DNA from: Opitutales bacterium
GTDB taxonomy: Bacteria; Verrucomicrobiota; Verrucomicrobiia; Opitutales; JABSRG01
Reading direction: 5' to 3'
DNA length: 64,000 bases
NCBI GenBank assembly: GCA_049599475.1
Contig: JBMYOQ010000016.1
Location: 11,128 to 75,127, forward strand
The translations under genes and the position numbers were made by a program. Positions 20,528-30,874 of the stretch are shown piece by piece. Numbering within the stretch: the stretch's first letter is position 1; the number at the start of each line of letters is the position of its first letter. The notes below the pieces were generated by a model that ran no database searches, had not been told where the DNA came from, and saw nothing but the letters and a program-made list of their open reading frames with translations.

Positions 20528-21802
20528 TTGCTCAAGAGGATTTTATATAATATCCACCGAGCCCTAGTGGAGCACGCACGCGGATATATCGATGTCTCTC
20601 ATACATCACATACAACGAGCAATACTGGGATTCAACGGGTCACCCGCAGTATGGCACGATCGATCCAGGCGCAGGTAAAATCCACTTCCAACGTTACATT
20701 CGATCCGTTTCTAGATGCCTGGAGGCTCTTAAACAAAAAGGAGCTACAATGCCTTTTTCCGGTAAACCAATTTCGCCCAGGCTCGCGGCGTCGACCTCGA
20801 TGGACTACGCGTCAGCGACTTTTGGGCGTATCCCAAAGACAGCTCATCGGTAACAGGCGAAACTTCCTCAAAGGCAGCAATCCTTTCGACTTCATGATTT
20901 TCCCAGAAATTATTGGAGCTGAAATCAGCAAGCAATTCTCAGAGATACAGTCCAGTGACGGGGGCAAAGGTATCAGGATCGGAGTCTTTCACGATGCTAT
21001 TGCATGGAAATTCCCAGAGTGGTCAGCCCGAAAGACAGTCGATCACTACCCTGAGTATATGCGCTCCCTGGCACTCCTCGATGGCATTGCCTCAGTCAGT
21101 GAAGCTTCACGGCAGGACCTGATCGAATATTGGGATCACATCCAATTACCCGAATCATCCAGACCACCCATAAAATCGATCTACCTTGGCTCGGCGGATA
21201 CTCCGGAACCGGGTCCTGTACGCGAAATGCGGGAGACCCCGATCATTCTATGCGTGGCTACCCTAGAGGCTCGGAAAAACCACCTAAGCCTCCTTTCGGC
21301 GGCAGCTCACCTATGGCACCAGGGGTATAATTTCAAACTAGAGCTGATCGGAGGACACAACCGCGAGACCGGAATTGAGGCGGTAGCGAGCGTGGAGCGG
21401 CTTCAAGAATCCAATTTCCCTGTTACCTGGCACGGAGCTACCTCCGATGCAGATGTGGAGTCCGCCTATGAACGCGCAGATTTCGTCGTCTACCCGTCGC
21501 TCTACGAAGGGTTTGGGTTACCCGTGATCGAAGCCCTTAAATGGGGAAAACCGATATTGACGACCCATTGCGGATCGCTGAAGGAAGTCGTAAGAGGTGG
21601 CGGTTGCCATGTCATTGAAGACACTTCGGGAGCCTCAATTGCAGCCGGCATTACCCAAATTCTCGAAAATCCGGAGTATTTTAAGCAGCTTCAAATCGAA
21701 GCCCGCGAGCGCACTCATCGCAACTGGGATGATTACGCCAAAGATATCCTAGGATTCATCGAAGACCTCAGCATACAAAAAGCCGAGGTCTCCAAAATAT
21801 AA
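20528..21802 (+). CDS. Glycosyltransferase family 4 (mannosyltransferase-like)
   Basis: NTGIQRVTR, VATLEARKNH and YPSLYEGFGLPVIEA motifs; TTG start uncertain. Confidence 0.88.
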   Translation: MLKRILYNIHRALVEHARGYIDVSHTSHTTSNTGIQRVTRSMARSIQAQVKSTSNVTFDPFLDAWRLLNKKELQCLFPVNQFRPGSRRRPRWTTRQRLLGVSQRQLIGNRRNFLKGSNPFDFMIFPEIIGAEISKQFSEIQSSDGGKGIRIGVFHDAIAWKFPEWSARKTVDHYPEYMRSLALLDGIASVSEASRQDLIEYWDHIQLPESSRPPIKSIYLGSADTPEPGPVREMRETPIILCVATLEARKNHLSLLSAAAHLWHQGYNFKLELIGGHNRETGIEAVASVERLQESNFPVTWHGATSDADVESAYERADFVVYPSLYEGFGLPVIEALKWGKPILTTHCGSLKEVVRGGGCHVIEDTSGASIAAGITQILENPEYFKQLQIEARERTHRNWDDYAKDILGFIEDLSIQKAEVSKI

Positions 21803-21805
21803 GAA

Positions 21806-22396
21806 CTAAATCTTATCGATGATCTTGTCTGCGAGGCCATACTCGATGGCTTCCTTCGCGTTCAGGTAAAAGTCCCGATCAGTATCTTGCTCGATTTTCT
21901 CAAGGGGTTGTCCTGAAGAATCGGCCAAAATCTTATTCAATTCCGCACGCAACTTCTCCATCTCCTGCGCCTGAATATGAATGTCCGAGGCAGCGGCGAC
22001 CATGCGGCCTCCAATGAGCGGCTGGTGGATCAATACACGTGAACTCGGGTATAGAAAACGACTACCCTTTTCGGCACCGCACAGGAGAATAGATCCCATT
22101 GAGGCCGCCATTCCGGTAACCACTACGGTAACGGGCGATGAAATGAGCTTCATCGTATCATAACAAGCCATGCCTGCCGTGATCGATCCACCGGGTGAAT
22201 TGATGTAAAAAGTAATGGGCTCTCCCGGTGCATCTGTTTCGAAGTAAAGCAAACGCTCGGTGCAATCGCGCATCGTCTTATCGCTGACTTCGCCCCAGAG
22301 AAAGAGTTTTCGCTGTTCCAAAAACTTCTTCTGAATGATGAATGGGAAGCCTTCTTCGTTCTTCTTGCTTTCTTCGGATGATTCTTCTTCTGGCAT
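21806..22396 (-). CDS. clpP: ATP-dependent Clp protease proteolytic subunit
   Basis: YINSPGG, GMAASMGS, LIHQP and DTDRDFY motifs; start at ATG 22396. Confidence 0.95.
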   Translation of the reverse strand: MPEEESSEESKKNEEGFPFIIQKKFLEQRKLFLWGEVSDKTMRDCTERLLYFETDAPGEPITFYINSPGGSITAGMACYDTMKLISSPVTVVVTGMAASMGSILLCGAEKGSRFLYPSSRVLIHQPLIGGRMVAAASDIHIQAQEMEKLRAELNKILADSSGQPLEKIEQDTDRDFYLNAKEAIEYGLADKIIDKI

Positions 22397-22466
22397 GTTA
22401 TTTAAAAAATGAGCTATCGGGAAATTTGCAAACCCCACTTGTTAAGCGGGCATCCAGCGAATTTCT

Positions 22467-22910
22467 TTAGATTTCTAGCTGGTTAATACGGCGCTCATGA
22501 CGCCCGCCTTCAAATTCGGTCGCGAGCCACTTTTCTACAATCGCAATTCCAGTTTCGTTATCCACGACTCGACCACCAAGAGCGATCACATTGGCATTGT
22601 TGTGAGCCTTTGTCATCTCTGCCGACCACAAATCCCAGCACAGGCCGCAGCGAATGCCCTTTACTTTATTCGCCTGGATCGCCTCGCCGTTTCCGCTTCC
22701 TCCGAAAACGATGCCACAATCGCTCTCTCCACTGGCTACAGATTCTGCAGCCGGGCGAACAAATTTTGGATAGTCAGTCGACTCCAAAGAATCTGTCCCG
22801 AAGTCATTAACGGTATACCCTTTCTCGATCAGCCAAGCTTTGATGGCTTCTTTCAATTCGAAACCAGCGTGATCCGAACCCAAGGAAATTTTCAGCGAAG
22901 TATCTGCCAT
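22467..22910 (-). CDS. rpiB: Ribose-5-phosphate isomerase B
   Basis: GSDHAG, GGSGNGE...ANKV, HNNAN and FEGGRHERR motifs. Confidence 0.95.
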   Translation of the reverse strand: MADTSLKISLGSDHAGFELKEAIKAWLIEKGYTVNDFGTDSLESTDYPKFVRPAAESVASGESDCGIVFGGSGNGEAIQANKVKGIRCGLCWDLWSAEMTKAHNNANVIALGGRVVDNETGIAIVEKWLATEFEGGRHERRINQLEI

Positions 22911-23007
22911 AGCCGAGCGACACTGATTGAGTGTCGCTCGGCTGAAAAGACAAAAACCCAAGAATCCGAGCTATACACTATTTCTCAAAAGCCTTTTCGT
23001 AAACCTG

Positions 23008-23380
23008 GGAGGGACATTGCCCTCAATGGCGCTGCGTTCAGGATGATGTCATCGGTAGCGGCCCTCCGAGCGGCCGAATGCGGCGTATCAGCCGGGCGAA
23101 ATCGCTGTATTCAACCGCTCGGAGATCGGTTGCTACCCCATCTCTTCTCTAAAGGCCGCGCCATTACCTCGCCCTCAATGTCCGCCACGATTGACTCTAT
23201 TGATGCTAAGGACAGCGAACGTAGGCCTGCCGGAGATGGCGAAGCAATGACGCTGCCTTCAGGATAGATTAGGATAAAAATCATGACGAGAAGGTAGGGC
23301 GCGGTCCTCACGCAGCCGCCTCTGCTGCTCGGAATTCGGCTTAAATACGGTGGCTGCCTCGGAGATGTAGCTCTACCTTC
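23008..23380. repeat. Cluster of GTAG/GGAG-type REP palindromes (two REPIN-like doublets)
   Basis: Inverted pairs at 23054-23079/23109-23137 and ~23290-23320/23352-23380; each unit is GGTAG plus a short hairpin. Direct repeat GCCCTCAATG at 23019-23028 and 23171-23180. Confidence 0.75.
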
Positions 23381-23478
23381 AAGCGGCCATCTAATTCTCA
23401 ATACCATCCCTTTGTTAAACCATATTTAGCACTAAGGACAGAGTCCTTCCCGACAATCTCGGAAGACAATTTCAGAGC

Positions 23479-23721
23479 CTATCCTCGGCTAAATGCACCT
23501 GCATCCGGATAACCGTAGCGGTCCATTGGACCATCATAACAGGCCGCATCCAGGACAGACCACAAATGAATCAGCCATCCCAAGAGGAAGACCCACATGA
23601 CGGGTGTGAGGACACACATGACTAAAGCCTTAAACCAGCGACCTTGTACGAGTTGACCCAGACCCGGGATAAAGAAACTGCACACGGCAGAGATTACGTT
23701 TCCAGTTGTTCCATTATTCAT
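23479..23721 (-). CDS. Small membrane protein (TM2-like hypothetical)
   Basis: SFFIPGLGQLVQGR motif typical of small TM2-like proteins; two hydrophobic segments; GGGGAGG RBS upstream. Confidence 0.7.
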   Translation of the reverse strand: MNNGTTGNVISAVCSFFIPGLGQLVQGRWFKALVMCVLTPVMWVFLLGWLIHLWSVLDAACYDGPMDRYGYPDAGAFSRG

Positions 23722-23971
23722 GCCTCCCCTTATTGCGTTTTCGTTGCCAACATTTCCGAAAGATTCGCAAGGATCTGTCTATCAACATCTTATAAAATAA
23801 GATTTTTATACATAAAATCTTCCTGGTATTTTTCACCAAATAAGGCGGTGCAAAAAACCGTAAAAGAATGCCATTTCATACACCTTTCATACAAGTCATT
23901 TGACAGCAGAGAGAGCAGGCTCGTGATTAAGTATGGCCCCACGCTCACCTCCCTATTCTCGCTTCCTCAAA

Positions 23972-26008
23972 ATGCAAAACGCTGACTCCAAACCAGTTAC
24001 ACATTCATGGTCCCTGCCAAAAGAAGTCGCGTCCGCCGCCTCCAGAGGCATCTGGTGCCTATGGGTCTACCAAACCGAGAAGCGCCCCTACCAACTCCAC
24101 GTTGCCGATTCGGAAAAATGGGTTGAACAAGGCCTACCCGACATCGCCGGGCGCAGCCCCGAAGACTCCGCACAGATCCTACTCGCACACCTTCCCGAGA
24201 AAACCCAGTCCGAGATCGTCGATACACTCGAAATGACGGACGAAGGGGAAACCCGCGTATCCAACATTTCACTGCGCATCGAGGCAACAGCCTACGATCT
24301 CAAAATAATCAAGCGCTCAGGCTCAACATACCTCTATTTTCGACGCAACCAACAGACTTCGCCCATCCACCAGAAGTCATGGGACGAGATCGAAGACGCC
24401 TACCATTTCTTTCACGGGCTCTTCAACCAGTCTCCCAACGTAATTTTCTTAGAGGATTGGTCCCGCCTCAAGGAGCGTATCGACACTGTAGCCAAGTCGG
24501 GTGTTACCAATTTTAAATCGTGGGCAAATGGACTGAGCGATCAAGAGATCCTAAAACTCTTTGAACTCGTCGACATCCTCGATGTGTCCCAGACCGCGAC
24601 GGAGATGTATAAAGCCGAAAGCAAACAGACGGTCATCGAGAATCTGGACAAGATCCTCGAGCTGTCAGACCTGCAAAAGCTCCGGAATGAAATCGGTGCA
24701 ATCGCTTCGGGCGATAAACTGTTTAAAGACGATTTCATCTTTAAAGACCTCGAGGGAAACCAAATCCACGGCGATGTTTCGGTATGCGTCGTCGAAGGCT
24801 ACGAAGACACATGGAAGTATGTCATCGCCTCCGTTTCTGAAGTGACAGACCGCATCGAGGGCGCCGAGGAGCTCAAACGCATTGCACGCACCTTCCAAGA
24901 AAGCACCGACCTATTCCGCGGCACCCTCAACCACGTGCAGACACCGATCAGCCTTTCAGACGAAGCAGGGATCATCATTGAGGCCAATCAATCCTACTGC
25001 GATTTCTACGGACAGGTGCGGGATAAAATCGTCGGCACCCAATTTTTGAGCCATGCCGCCCCCCTGCTTACCGAGGCCGATCGCGAGCGCAAAATGGAGC
25101 AATATTCCCAGTTTGTAAGAATCGGGAAATCTGAAGAGTTCGAAGAGACAGTGCTCACTCACAAGGGATGGCGCACCATCGATGTCGTTCGAGGCCTCTA
25201 CACTCGACCCGACAATCAGCGATGGGTCGTCACCAGTTTTTTCGATATTACCCAGCTCAAGTCTGCTGAGGAGCAAAGCCGCAAACTCCTCCAGGATGAA
25301 CGCAAACTTTCTGAGCTGCGCAGCCGATTCATTTCAATGGTATCTCATGAATTTCGGACGCCTCTGACTTCTGCCAAGATGTCCAGCAGCGTTCTGATAA
25401 AATACATGGATCGCCTCTCCGAGGAAATGACCGTGAAGCACAGCGAAATCATCGCCCGTGCGATCCGACGACTCGAGGACATGATCGACGGCGTCTTAGT
25501 GATCAGCGAGGCCGGAGCCGGTAAACTTGCCGCCAAGGCCAAAGAAATTCCACTGGGAGAATACCTGGGCAATCACATAAAAGAGTGGCACACCGCACAC
25601 CCAGACATCGCGTTTCACACCGAGTTTGCGCCAAACTCACAGGACACTATTTTTGCCGACGAACGCCTCCTCTACCTGGCCATCAACAACCTGGTCTCAA
25701 ACGCAGTCAAATACGCCAGCAAGGCCGATCCCGCGGTCCGCATCACCCTCAAGAATACTGAGCAATCAGGCGTGCTCGTCACCATAGCGGACAATGGCAT
25801 TGGCATTCCCCCAGAAGACCAAAACGAAGTATTTCAATCGTACTATCGAGCAAGCAACGTAGGCAAAATCTCCGGCACCGGGCTTGGCCTGGTTGTGGTC
25901 GAGAATTCTCTGAAGGCCCTCGGAGCCAGTATTTCCCTTAAATCGGAAGAAGGTAAAGGTACGACCTTCCTGATCGACTTTCCTATGACTACGAAAGACA
26001 GCGCTTAA
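23972..26008 (+). CDS. Cytoplasmic PAS-domain sensor histidine kinase
   Basis: PAS-like repeats; H-box SHEFRTPL, NLVSNAVKY, DNGIGIP and GTGLGL; no TM helix. Start is 23972 or 23933. Confidence 0.9.
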   Translation: MQNADSKPVTHSWSLPKEVASAASRGIWCLWVYQTEKRPYQLHVADSEKWVEQGLPDIAGRSPEDSAQILLAHLPEKTQSEIVDTLEMTDEGETRVSNISLRIEATAYDLKIIKRSGSTYLYFRRNQQTSPIHQKSWDEIEDAYHFFHGLFNQSPNVIFLEDWSRLKERIDTVAKSGVTNFKSWANGLSDQEILKLFELVDILDVSQTATEMYKAESKQTVIENLDKILELSDLQKLRNEIGAIASGDKLFKDDFIFKDLEGNQIHGDVSVCVVEGYEDTWKYVIASVSEVTDRIEGAEELKRIARTFQESTDLFRGTLNHVQTPISLSDEAGIIIEANQSYCDFYGQVRDKIVGTQFLSHAAPLLTEADRERKMEQYSQFVRIGKSEEFEETVLTHKGWRTIDVVRGLYTRPDNQRWVVTSFFDITQLKSAEEQSRKLLQDERKLSELRSRFISMVSHEFRTPLTSAKMSSSVLIKYMDRLSEEMTVKHSEIIARAIRRLEDMIDGVLVISEAGAGKLAAKAKEIPLGEYLGNHIKEWHTAHPDIAFHTEFAPNSQDTIFADERLLYLAINNLVSNAVKYASKADPAVRITLKNTEQSGVLVTIADNGIGIPPEDQNEVFQSYYRASNVGKISGTGLGLVVVENSLKALGASISLKSEEGKGTTFLIDFPMTTKDSA

Positions 26009-27108
26009 TGGCTCAAGCTCCAGGAAGTTTCACTATACTCGTCATCGAGGACGATCCCGGCATTCGCGAAAATCTCAGCGATGTACTCATTCTCGAGGGG
26101 TACCGCGTGTCCTCAGCAGAGAACGGAATCGACGGATGTGCCCTGGCCCAATCAATCGTGCCCGACCTCATCATCTGCGACGTAATGATGCCTGAGCTCG
26201 ATGGCTACGGCGTACTGCAGAAGTTGCGAGAAAACGAGGAAACAGACGCCATTCCCTTCATTTTTCTATCGGCGAAAACCGAGCGCGCCGACATGCGATC
26301 AGGCCTCGGACTCGGCGCAGATGACTACCTGACGAAGCCCGTAGACATCGACGAGCTCCTCGCATCCGTCCAGCTCCGAATCAACCGAGCTGCCGTTCAG
26401 CGCCGCCAAGCTGAGAAACAACAAGTCGAACAATGGGGTTCCCTCCCACACGAGATCAACACCCCCCTCAACGGGATTATTAGCTCCGCAGAACTCTACC
26501 TGAGCATGATTCGCGCAGGTGAAAATTTTAATAATAACGAGCTCGCCGACGTATTCGAAATCATTCTCGACTCCGGTTACCGCCTGCACCGATTTACTGA
26601 GAAATACATCCGGTATTTCGAGCTCGTGCAACAGACCAAATCGCCCAATACCCGAGTGGAGCCCGAGCCTCTTTCGATCTCACCCTTGATTCAGGAAGCG
26701 ACCCGAGACCTCACCCATCAATTTGGCCGCGAAGAAGACCTCTACCTAGATTTACAGGAAGATGCCGTCGTCGGCCTGCGATTCTGGATCTTCCAATCTA
26801 TCAACAATCTCATCGAGAACGCTTACAAATTCTCTGAACAAGGCACGCAAGTGGCCATCATCGGCAAGGTGGATCGAGATCGCTACTGCATCCGAATCGT
26901 CGATCACGGGCGGGGCATGACTAGCGAGCAAATTTCAGAAATTGGACCATTCAAACAGTTTGAGCGCGACAAATTCGAACAACAGGGCTTTGGTCTCGGT
27001 CTCTTCAATGCGCGAGAAGGTATTTTTCTTTCTGGAGGAACATTTGAGGCGTTCCCGGTGACCCCTCAAGGGCTTCGCATCGAAATCTCCCTACCGCGCG
27101 CAGATTAA
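26008..27108 (+). CDS. Response regulator-histidine kinase hybrid (REC-HisKA-HATPase)
   Basis: ILVIEDD...ICDVMMP...KP REC domain; PHEINTPLNGI, NLIENAYKFS and GFGLGL. Translationally coupled to the upstream kinase (TAATG). Confidence 0.9.
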   Translation: MAQAPGSFTILVIEDDPGIRENLSDVLILEGYRVSSAENGIDGCALAQSIVPDLIICDVMMPELDGYGVLQKLRENEETDAIPFIFLSAKTERADMRSGLGLGADDYLTKPVDIDELLASVQLRINRAAVQRRQAEKQQVEQWGSLPHEINTPLNGIISSAELYLSMIRAGENFNNNELADVFEIILDSGYRLHRFTEKYIRYFELVQQTKSPNTRVEPEPLSISPLIQEATRDLTHQFGREEDLYLDLQEDAVVGLRFWIFQSINNLIENAYKFSEQGTQVAIIGKVDRDRYCIRIVDHGRGMTSEQISEIGPFKQFERDKFEQQGFGLGLFNAREGIFLSGGTFEAFPVTPQGLRIEISLPRAD

Positions 27109-27128
27109 GAACCACACAGTCCCTCTCC

Positions 27129-27734
27129 ATGGAAATTACGCTTGCTGAGCTTCCCCCAGCAAAACGATACGGCATCCTCGCCTCCCTGATTGTCCCACGT
27201 CCAATCGCTCTGATATCGACGATATCGAAGGACGGCGTGCACAACGCAGCACCCTTTTCTTTCTTCAATGTCTTCGGCAGCAAACCTCCAATTGTTGCGG
27301 TAGCTCCAGGCGACAAGGCACCCGGCATTCCCAAAGACACCGCACGCAACATCCGCGATAACGGCGAATTTGTGGTAAACATGGTAGACCCCGCAATCGC
27401 CCAAGGAATGAACCTCTCTGCAGCCAGCCTACCTCCAGAGACGAGCGAATTTGCAAGCGCGGGATTCATCGCAACCACTTCCACCCAAATTCAAGCTCCC
27501 CGCATCGCGGAGGCACCTGTCTCTTTCGAGTGCCGCGAGCACACGACCCTCCACATCGGCTCAAACCGCCTTGTCATCGGGGAAGTCCTCGTGGCGCATG
27601 TTCGCGATGGGATTTTGGATCCAGAGACGTACCGACGAATCCAAGACGGGGACTATTCACCGATCGGACGCATGCATAGCCCCGACTGGTACTGCGAAAC
27701 GAATTCCCTGTTTTCCATGCCTCGGCCAGACTAA
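27129..27734 (+). CDS. Flavin reductase-like FMN-binding protein (DIM6/NTAB family)
   Basis: IVPRPIA, NAAPFSFFN, KDTARNI and EFVVN motifs. Confidence 0.9.
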   Translation: MEITLAELPPAKRYGILASLIVPRPIALISTISKDGVHNAAPFSFFNVFGSKPPIVAVAPGDKAPGIPKDTARNIRDNGEFVVNMVDPAIAQGMNLSAASLPPETSEFASAGFIATTSTQIQAPRIAEAPVSFECREHTTLHIGSNRLVIGEVLVAHVRDGILDPETYRRIQDGDYSPIGRMHSPDWYCETNSLFSMPRPD

Positions 27735-27819
27735 TACTTCAATCAGTAACGCTGTTTTTACGACAATTTCGCACCCGAACACTTGCACCAGGGGGCCATA
27801 TTTCGCAACTTTCTCTTAA

Positions 27820-29319
27820 ATGTATCTCTTGCCTCGAGTTCTCATCGGTTTAACAGTCGTCATCTCCAGCCTTTTCGCCCGCGAGGTAGATGAACTCAAG
27901 GAGAACACAGATCCCGAGACCCCGGAGCAGGTAGTTGAAATCAACGAGCCGGATATCATCGAGGGCCCTCTCGACACCTACATCATCCCCATTGATCGGC
28001 AGATCGACAACGCTACTGAGGCGATCGTTCTCCGCGCACTCGAAGCGGCTGAGCTCAATGAAATCGACCTGATTGTCCTCGACATGGACACTCCCGGCGG
28101 CCGCCTGGACAGCACCCTCAACATCATGGAAGCCCTCGATAATTTCGAAGGCACCACTATCACTTTCGTCCGTTCAGACGCCCTTTCCGCAGGAGCCTAC
28201 ATTGCAGCATCCACCGATGAAATCTATATGGCGCCCAAAAGCATCATCGGTGCGGCCGCGGTTATCGCCGGAGGCGGCGAAGACATTCCTGAGACGGCCA
28301 AACAAAAGATCGACAGTGTGCTCAAGGCGAAAGTACGCACACTCGACCGCGATTACCGCTACCGCGCAGATGCCATTCGTGCGATGATGGATAGCGAATT
28401 CGAATTTAAAATTGGCAACAAGCTCATCAAAGAAAAGGGCGAGCTGCTGAGCCTGACCGACGAGGAAGCCTACGAGAAATACGGCAACCCTCCTGAATCG
28501 ATGCTATCCCTTGGCACTTACGAAGAAGTAGACGCATTACTCGAATCACGATTCGGCCCTGAAGGCACGATCGACCGCGAATTCGTGCTCACATGGTCTG
28601 AGGAATTGGCCTTTGTCTTAAACAGTATCACACCCGTGGTCCTTTCAATTGGCTTTCTCCTGATCTTCGTGGAATTCAAGACCCCCGGCTTCGGACTTTT
28701 CGGAACGCTAGGCATCTCCATATTAATCTTCGTCTTCATAAGCCAGTTCGTAGCAGGCTTCGCGGGCCACGAGCCCCTCATCCTATTCATCATAGGAATA
28801 GCCTTAATCCTCGTTGAGGTAATCCTAGTCCCCGGAACGTTTGTATCCGGCATTCTAGGATTCACCCTAATGGCGGGCTCACTCGTCTGGGTGCTCATCG
28901 GAGAATTGCCTTCACAGGACTTCCAGTGGAATGCCGAACTCTTCGAAGACCCTGTTTCCGATATCCTCTTAGGCTTGTTGATAGCGATCACCACATTTTT
29001 AGTGCTCCTGCGCTTCCTGCCTCAAAGCTGGTTCTGGAACCGTATCGTTTTGGCCAGTTCGGTAGCCTCCGGACCCACTCCCCAAACCGCCAAAGAGGTC
29101 GGCGAAGTAATCGGAAAAGTAAAGGAGCGCCCCGTAATCGGGACACAGGGTATAGCCGCCACCGATATGTTTCCCTCGGGAAGCGTGGAAATTGACGGTA
29201 AACGCTTTGAGGCTCAAGCAGCCCGCGGATCCATAAAACGTGGAGAAGACATAGTTGTAAGCGGTTATGCTAGTTATAGTTTGATCGTTAAGAGTTTATC
29301 AACAGAGGACGCATCATGA
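27820..29319 (+). CDS. Long NfeD (ClpP-class serine protease domain + TM + OB-fold), YqeZ-like
   Basis: LDMDTPGG, ALSAGAYIA, EFKTPGFG, TM bundle and C-terminal G-x-A-x-T-D...PSG OB-fold. Confidence 0.9.
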   Translation: MYLLPRVLIGLTVVISSLFAREVDELKENTDPETPEQVVEINEPDIIEGPLDTYIIPIDRQIDNATEAIVLRALEAAELNEIDLIVLDMDTPGGRLDSTLNIMEALDNFEGTTITFVRSDALSAGAYIAASTDEIYMAPKSIIGAAAVIAGGGEDIPETAKQKIDSVLKAKVRTLDRDYRYRADAIRAMMDSEFEFKIGNKLIKEKGELLSLTDEEAYEKYGNPPESMLSLGTYEEVDALLESRFGPEGTIDREFVLTWSEELAFVLNSITPVVLSIGFLLIFVEFKTPGFGLFGTLGISILIFVFISQFVAGFAGHEPLILFIIGIALILVEVILVPGTFVSGILGFTLMAGSLVWVLIGELPSQDFQWNAELFEDPVSDILLGLLIAITTFLVLLRFLPQSWFWNRIVLASSVASGPTPQTAKEVGEVIGKVKERPVIGTQGIAATDMFPSGSVEIDGKRFEAQAARGSIKRGEDIVVSGYASYSLIVKSLSTEDAS

Positions 29320-29783
29320 CGCTCATCCTTATTTTATTGGTCTTAGGTTTTATTCTCGTAGGCGCTGAAGTGCTACTGCCAGGAGGTATTCTCGGCCTAA
29401 TAGCGCTCATCGTGTTCGTAATCGCAACCGTCGTCGCAACGAATACCTACGGAGGCACAGGAGGCTTGATAACGTTCGCAGCCTCAGCGCTCGGCTCAGC
29501 CATCACCTTTTTTAGCATTTTTAAATGGGTCGCGATCTCTCCCAGCGGGGGAGGCCTCCGCCTAGATGCAGCCATCAACGGGAATTCCTCGAGCCAATCC
29601 CTGGATCCGGCTCTCGTGGGACAAACCGGTGTTACCGCGACTAAAATGGCACCCAACGGCCTCGTCTCCGTGGGCGACCAAGATCTCCAGGCACACTCAG
29701 AGGACGGATTCCTAGATATTGGCACCGCAGTTACTATCCACGGCATACGCCACGGAAATATCGTCGTCCGCAAAACAGTTTAA
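29316..29783 (+). CDS. Short NfeD-family membrane protein
   Basis: [13 protein letters not shown] region and a C-terminal OB-fold ([14 protein letters not shown]); ATGA overlap with the upstream gene. Confidence 0.85.
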   Translation: MTLILILLVLGFILVGAEVLLPGGILGLIALIVFVIATVVATNTYGGTGGLITFAASALGSAITFFSIFKWVAISPSGGGLRLDAAINGNSSSQSLDPALVGQTGVTATKMAPNGLVSVGDQDLQAHSEDGFLDIGTAVTIHGIRHGNIVVRKTV

Positions 29784-29814
29784 TTTCAACCACTCAATAA
29801 ACCCGATTCGTAAA

Positions 29815-30855
29815 ATGATCTCTGATCCCATTCTAGCCGTTAATACCACCCTCGTCATCGGGGTCGTGATTATCATCGTAGTTATCGTTCTTTCGATGGT
29901 GCTATGGTCCTTCATTGGCGCATTCATCAAAGCAGCCTTAGCCGGAGCTCCGGTGGGTCTCCACACGCTCGTCGCAATGCGTCTTCGCGGTGTGCCACAC
30001 TCGCTCATCGTCGACGCTCGCATCACCGCGGTGAAAGCAGGCATCACTTTAGGCACTGACGACATCGAAGCGCACTACCTCGCAGAAGGTAATGTCATCC
30101 AGACCGTCCAAGCCCTGATCGCTGCTGAGAAAGCGAACATCACACTCGATTGGGCCCACGCCTGCGCGATCGACCTCGCCACACGCGGCACCGACAAAAG
30201 CGTTATTGAAGCGGTTAAGACATCTATTAACCCCAAGGTCATTGACTGTCCCGGAGGCGTCGGCGGACGCACATCCATCGATGGTGTCTCAAAAGACGGT
30301 ATCCAAGTAAAAGTCCGTGCCCGTGTAACAGTCCGCTCAAACCTCGACAAATACGTCGGCTCCGCTCTCGAAGAAACAATCATCGCGCGTGTTGGTGAGG
30401 GTATCGTCACTACCATCGGTTCTGCCGAGACCTACAAAGATGTATTGGAAAGCCCCGACAACATTTCCCGCAACGTGCTCGATCGCGGTCTGGACGTGGG
30501 CACCGCATTCGAAATCCTTTCCATCGACATTGCAGATGTAGACGTCGGTGAAAACATCGGTGCTCAGCTCCAGGAATCGCAGGCAGAAGCCAACAAAAAC
30601 ATGGCTCAAGCCCAGGCCGAAATTCGCCGTGCAGCCGCGGTAGCCCTCGAGCAAGAGATGAAGGCGAAGGTCGAAGAGATGCGCGCAAAGCTCGTCGAAG
30701 CCGAGGCCAACGTACCACAGGCGGTCGCCGAAGCCCTCCGCACTGGAAACATTGGCGTGATGGATTTCTACCGCATGGACAACATCAAGTCCGATACCGA
30801 GATGCGTTCTAGCATTTCCAAGGACGATGATGAAGAAGACGAAACTACACGCTAA
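29815..30855 (+). CDS. floA: Flotillin-like protein FloA (YqfA/UPF0365)
   Basis: [54 protein letters not shown] and GVMDFY motifs. Confidence 0.93.
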   Translation: MISDPILAVNTTLVIGVVIIIVVIVLSMVLWSFIGAFIKAALAGAPVGLHTLVAMRLRGVPHSLIVDARITAVKAGITLGTDDIEAHYLAEGNVIQTVQALIAAEKANITLDWAHACAIDLATRGTDKSVIEAVKTSINPKVIDCPGGVGGRTSIDGVSKDGIQVKVRARVTVRSNLDKYVGSALEETIIARVGEGIVTTIGSAETYKDVLESPDNISRNVLDRGLDVGTAFEILSIDIADVDVGENIGAQLQESQAEANKNMAQAQAEIRRAAAVALEQEMKAKVEEMRAKLVEAEANVPQAVAEALRTGNIGVMDFYRMDNIKSDTEMRSSISKDDDEEDETTR

Positions 30856-30874
30856 TCTTCACCTGATCCATTAA

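Noticed and set aside
23008..23186. 6S RNA call for the ~178-nt rod-like fold
   Set aside because: Pairing is explained by REP units with their own internal hairpins, and no 6S consensus was recognised. Kept only as an alternative in the findings.
22497..23407. ORFs 22497-23267 (+) and 23111-23407 (-)
   Set aside because: The first is antisense to rpiB; both run through the REP cluster and show no protein motifs.
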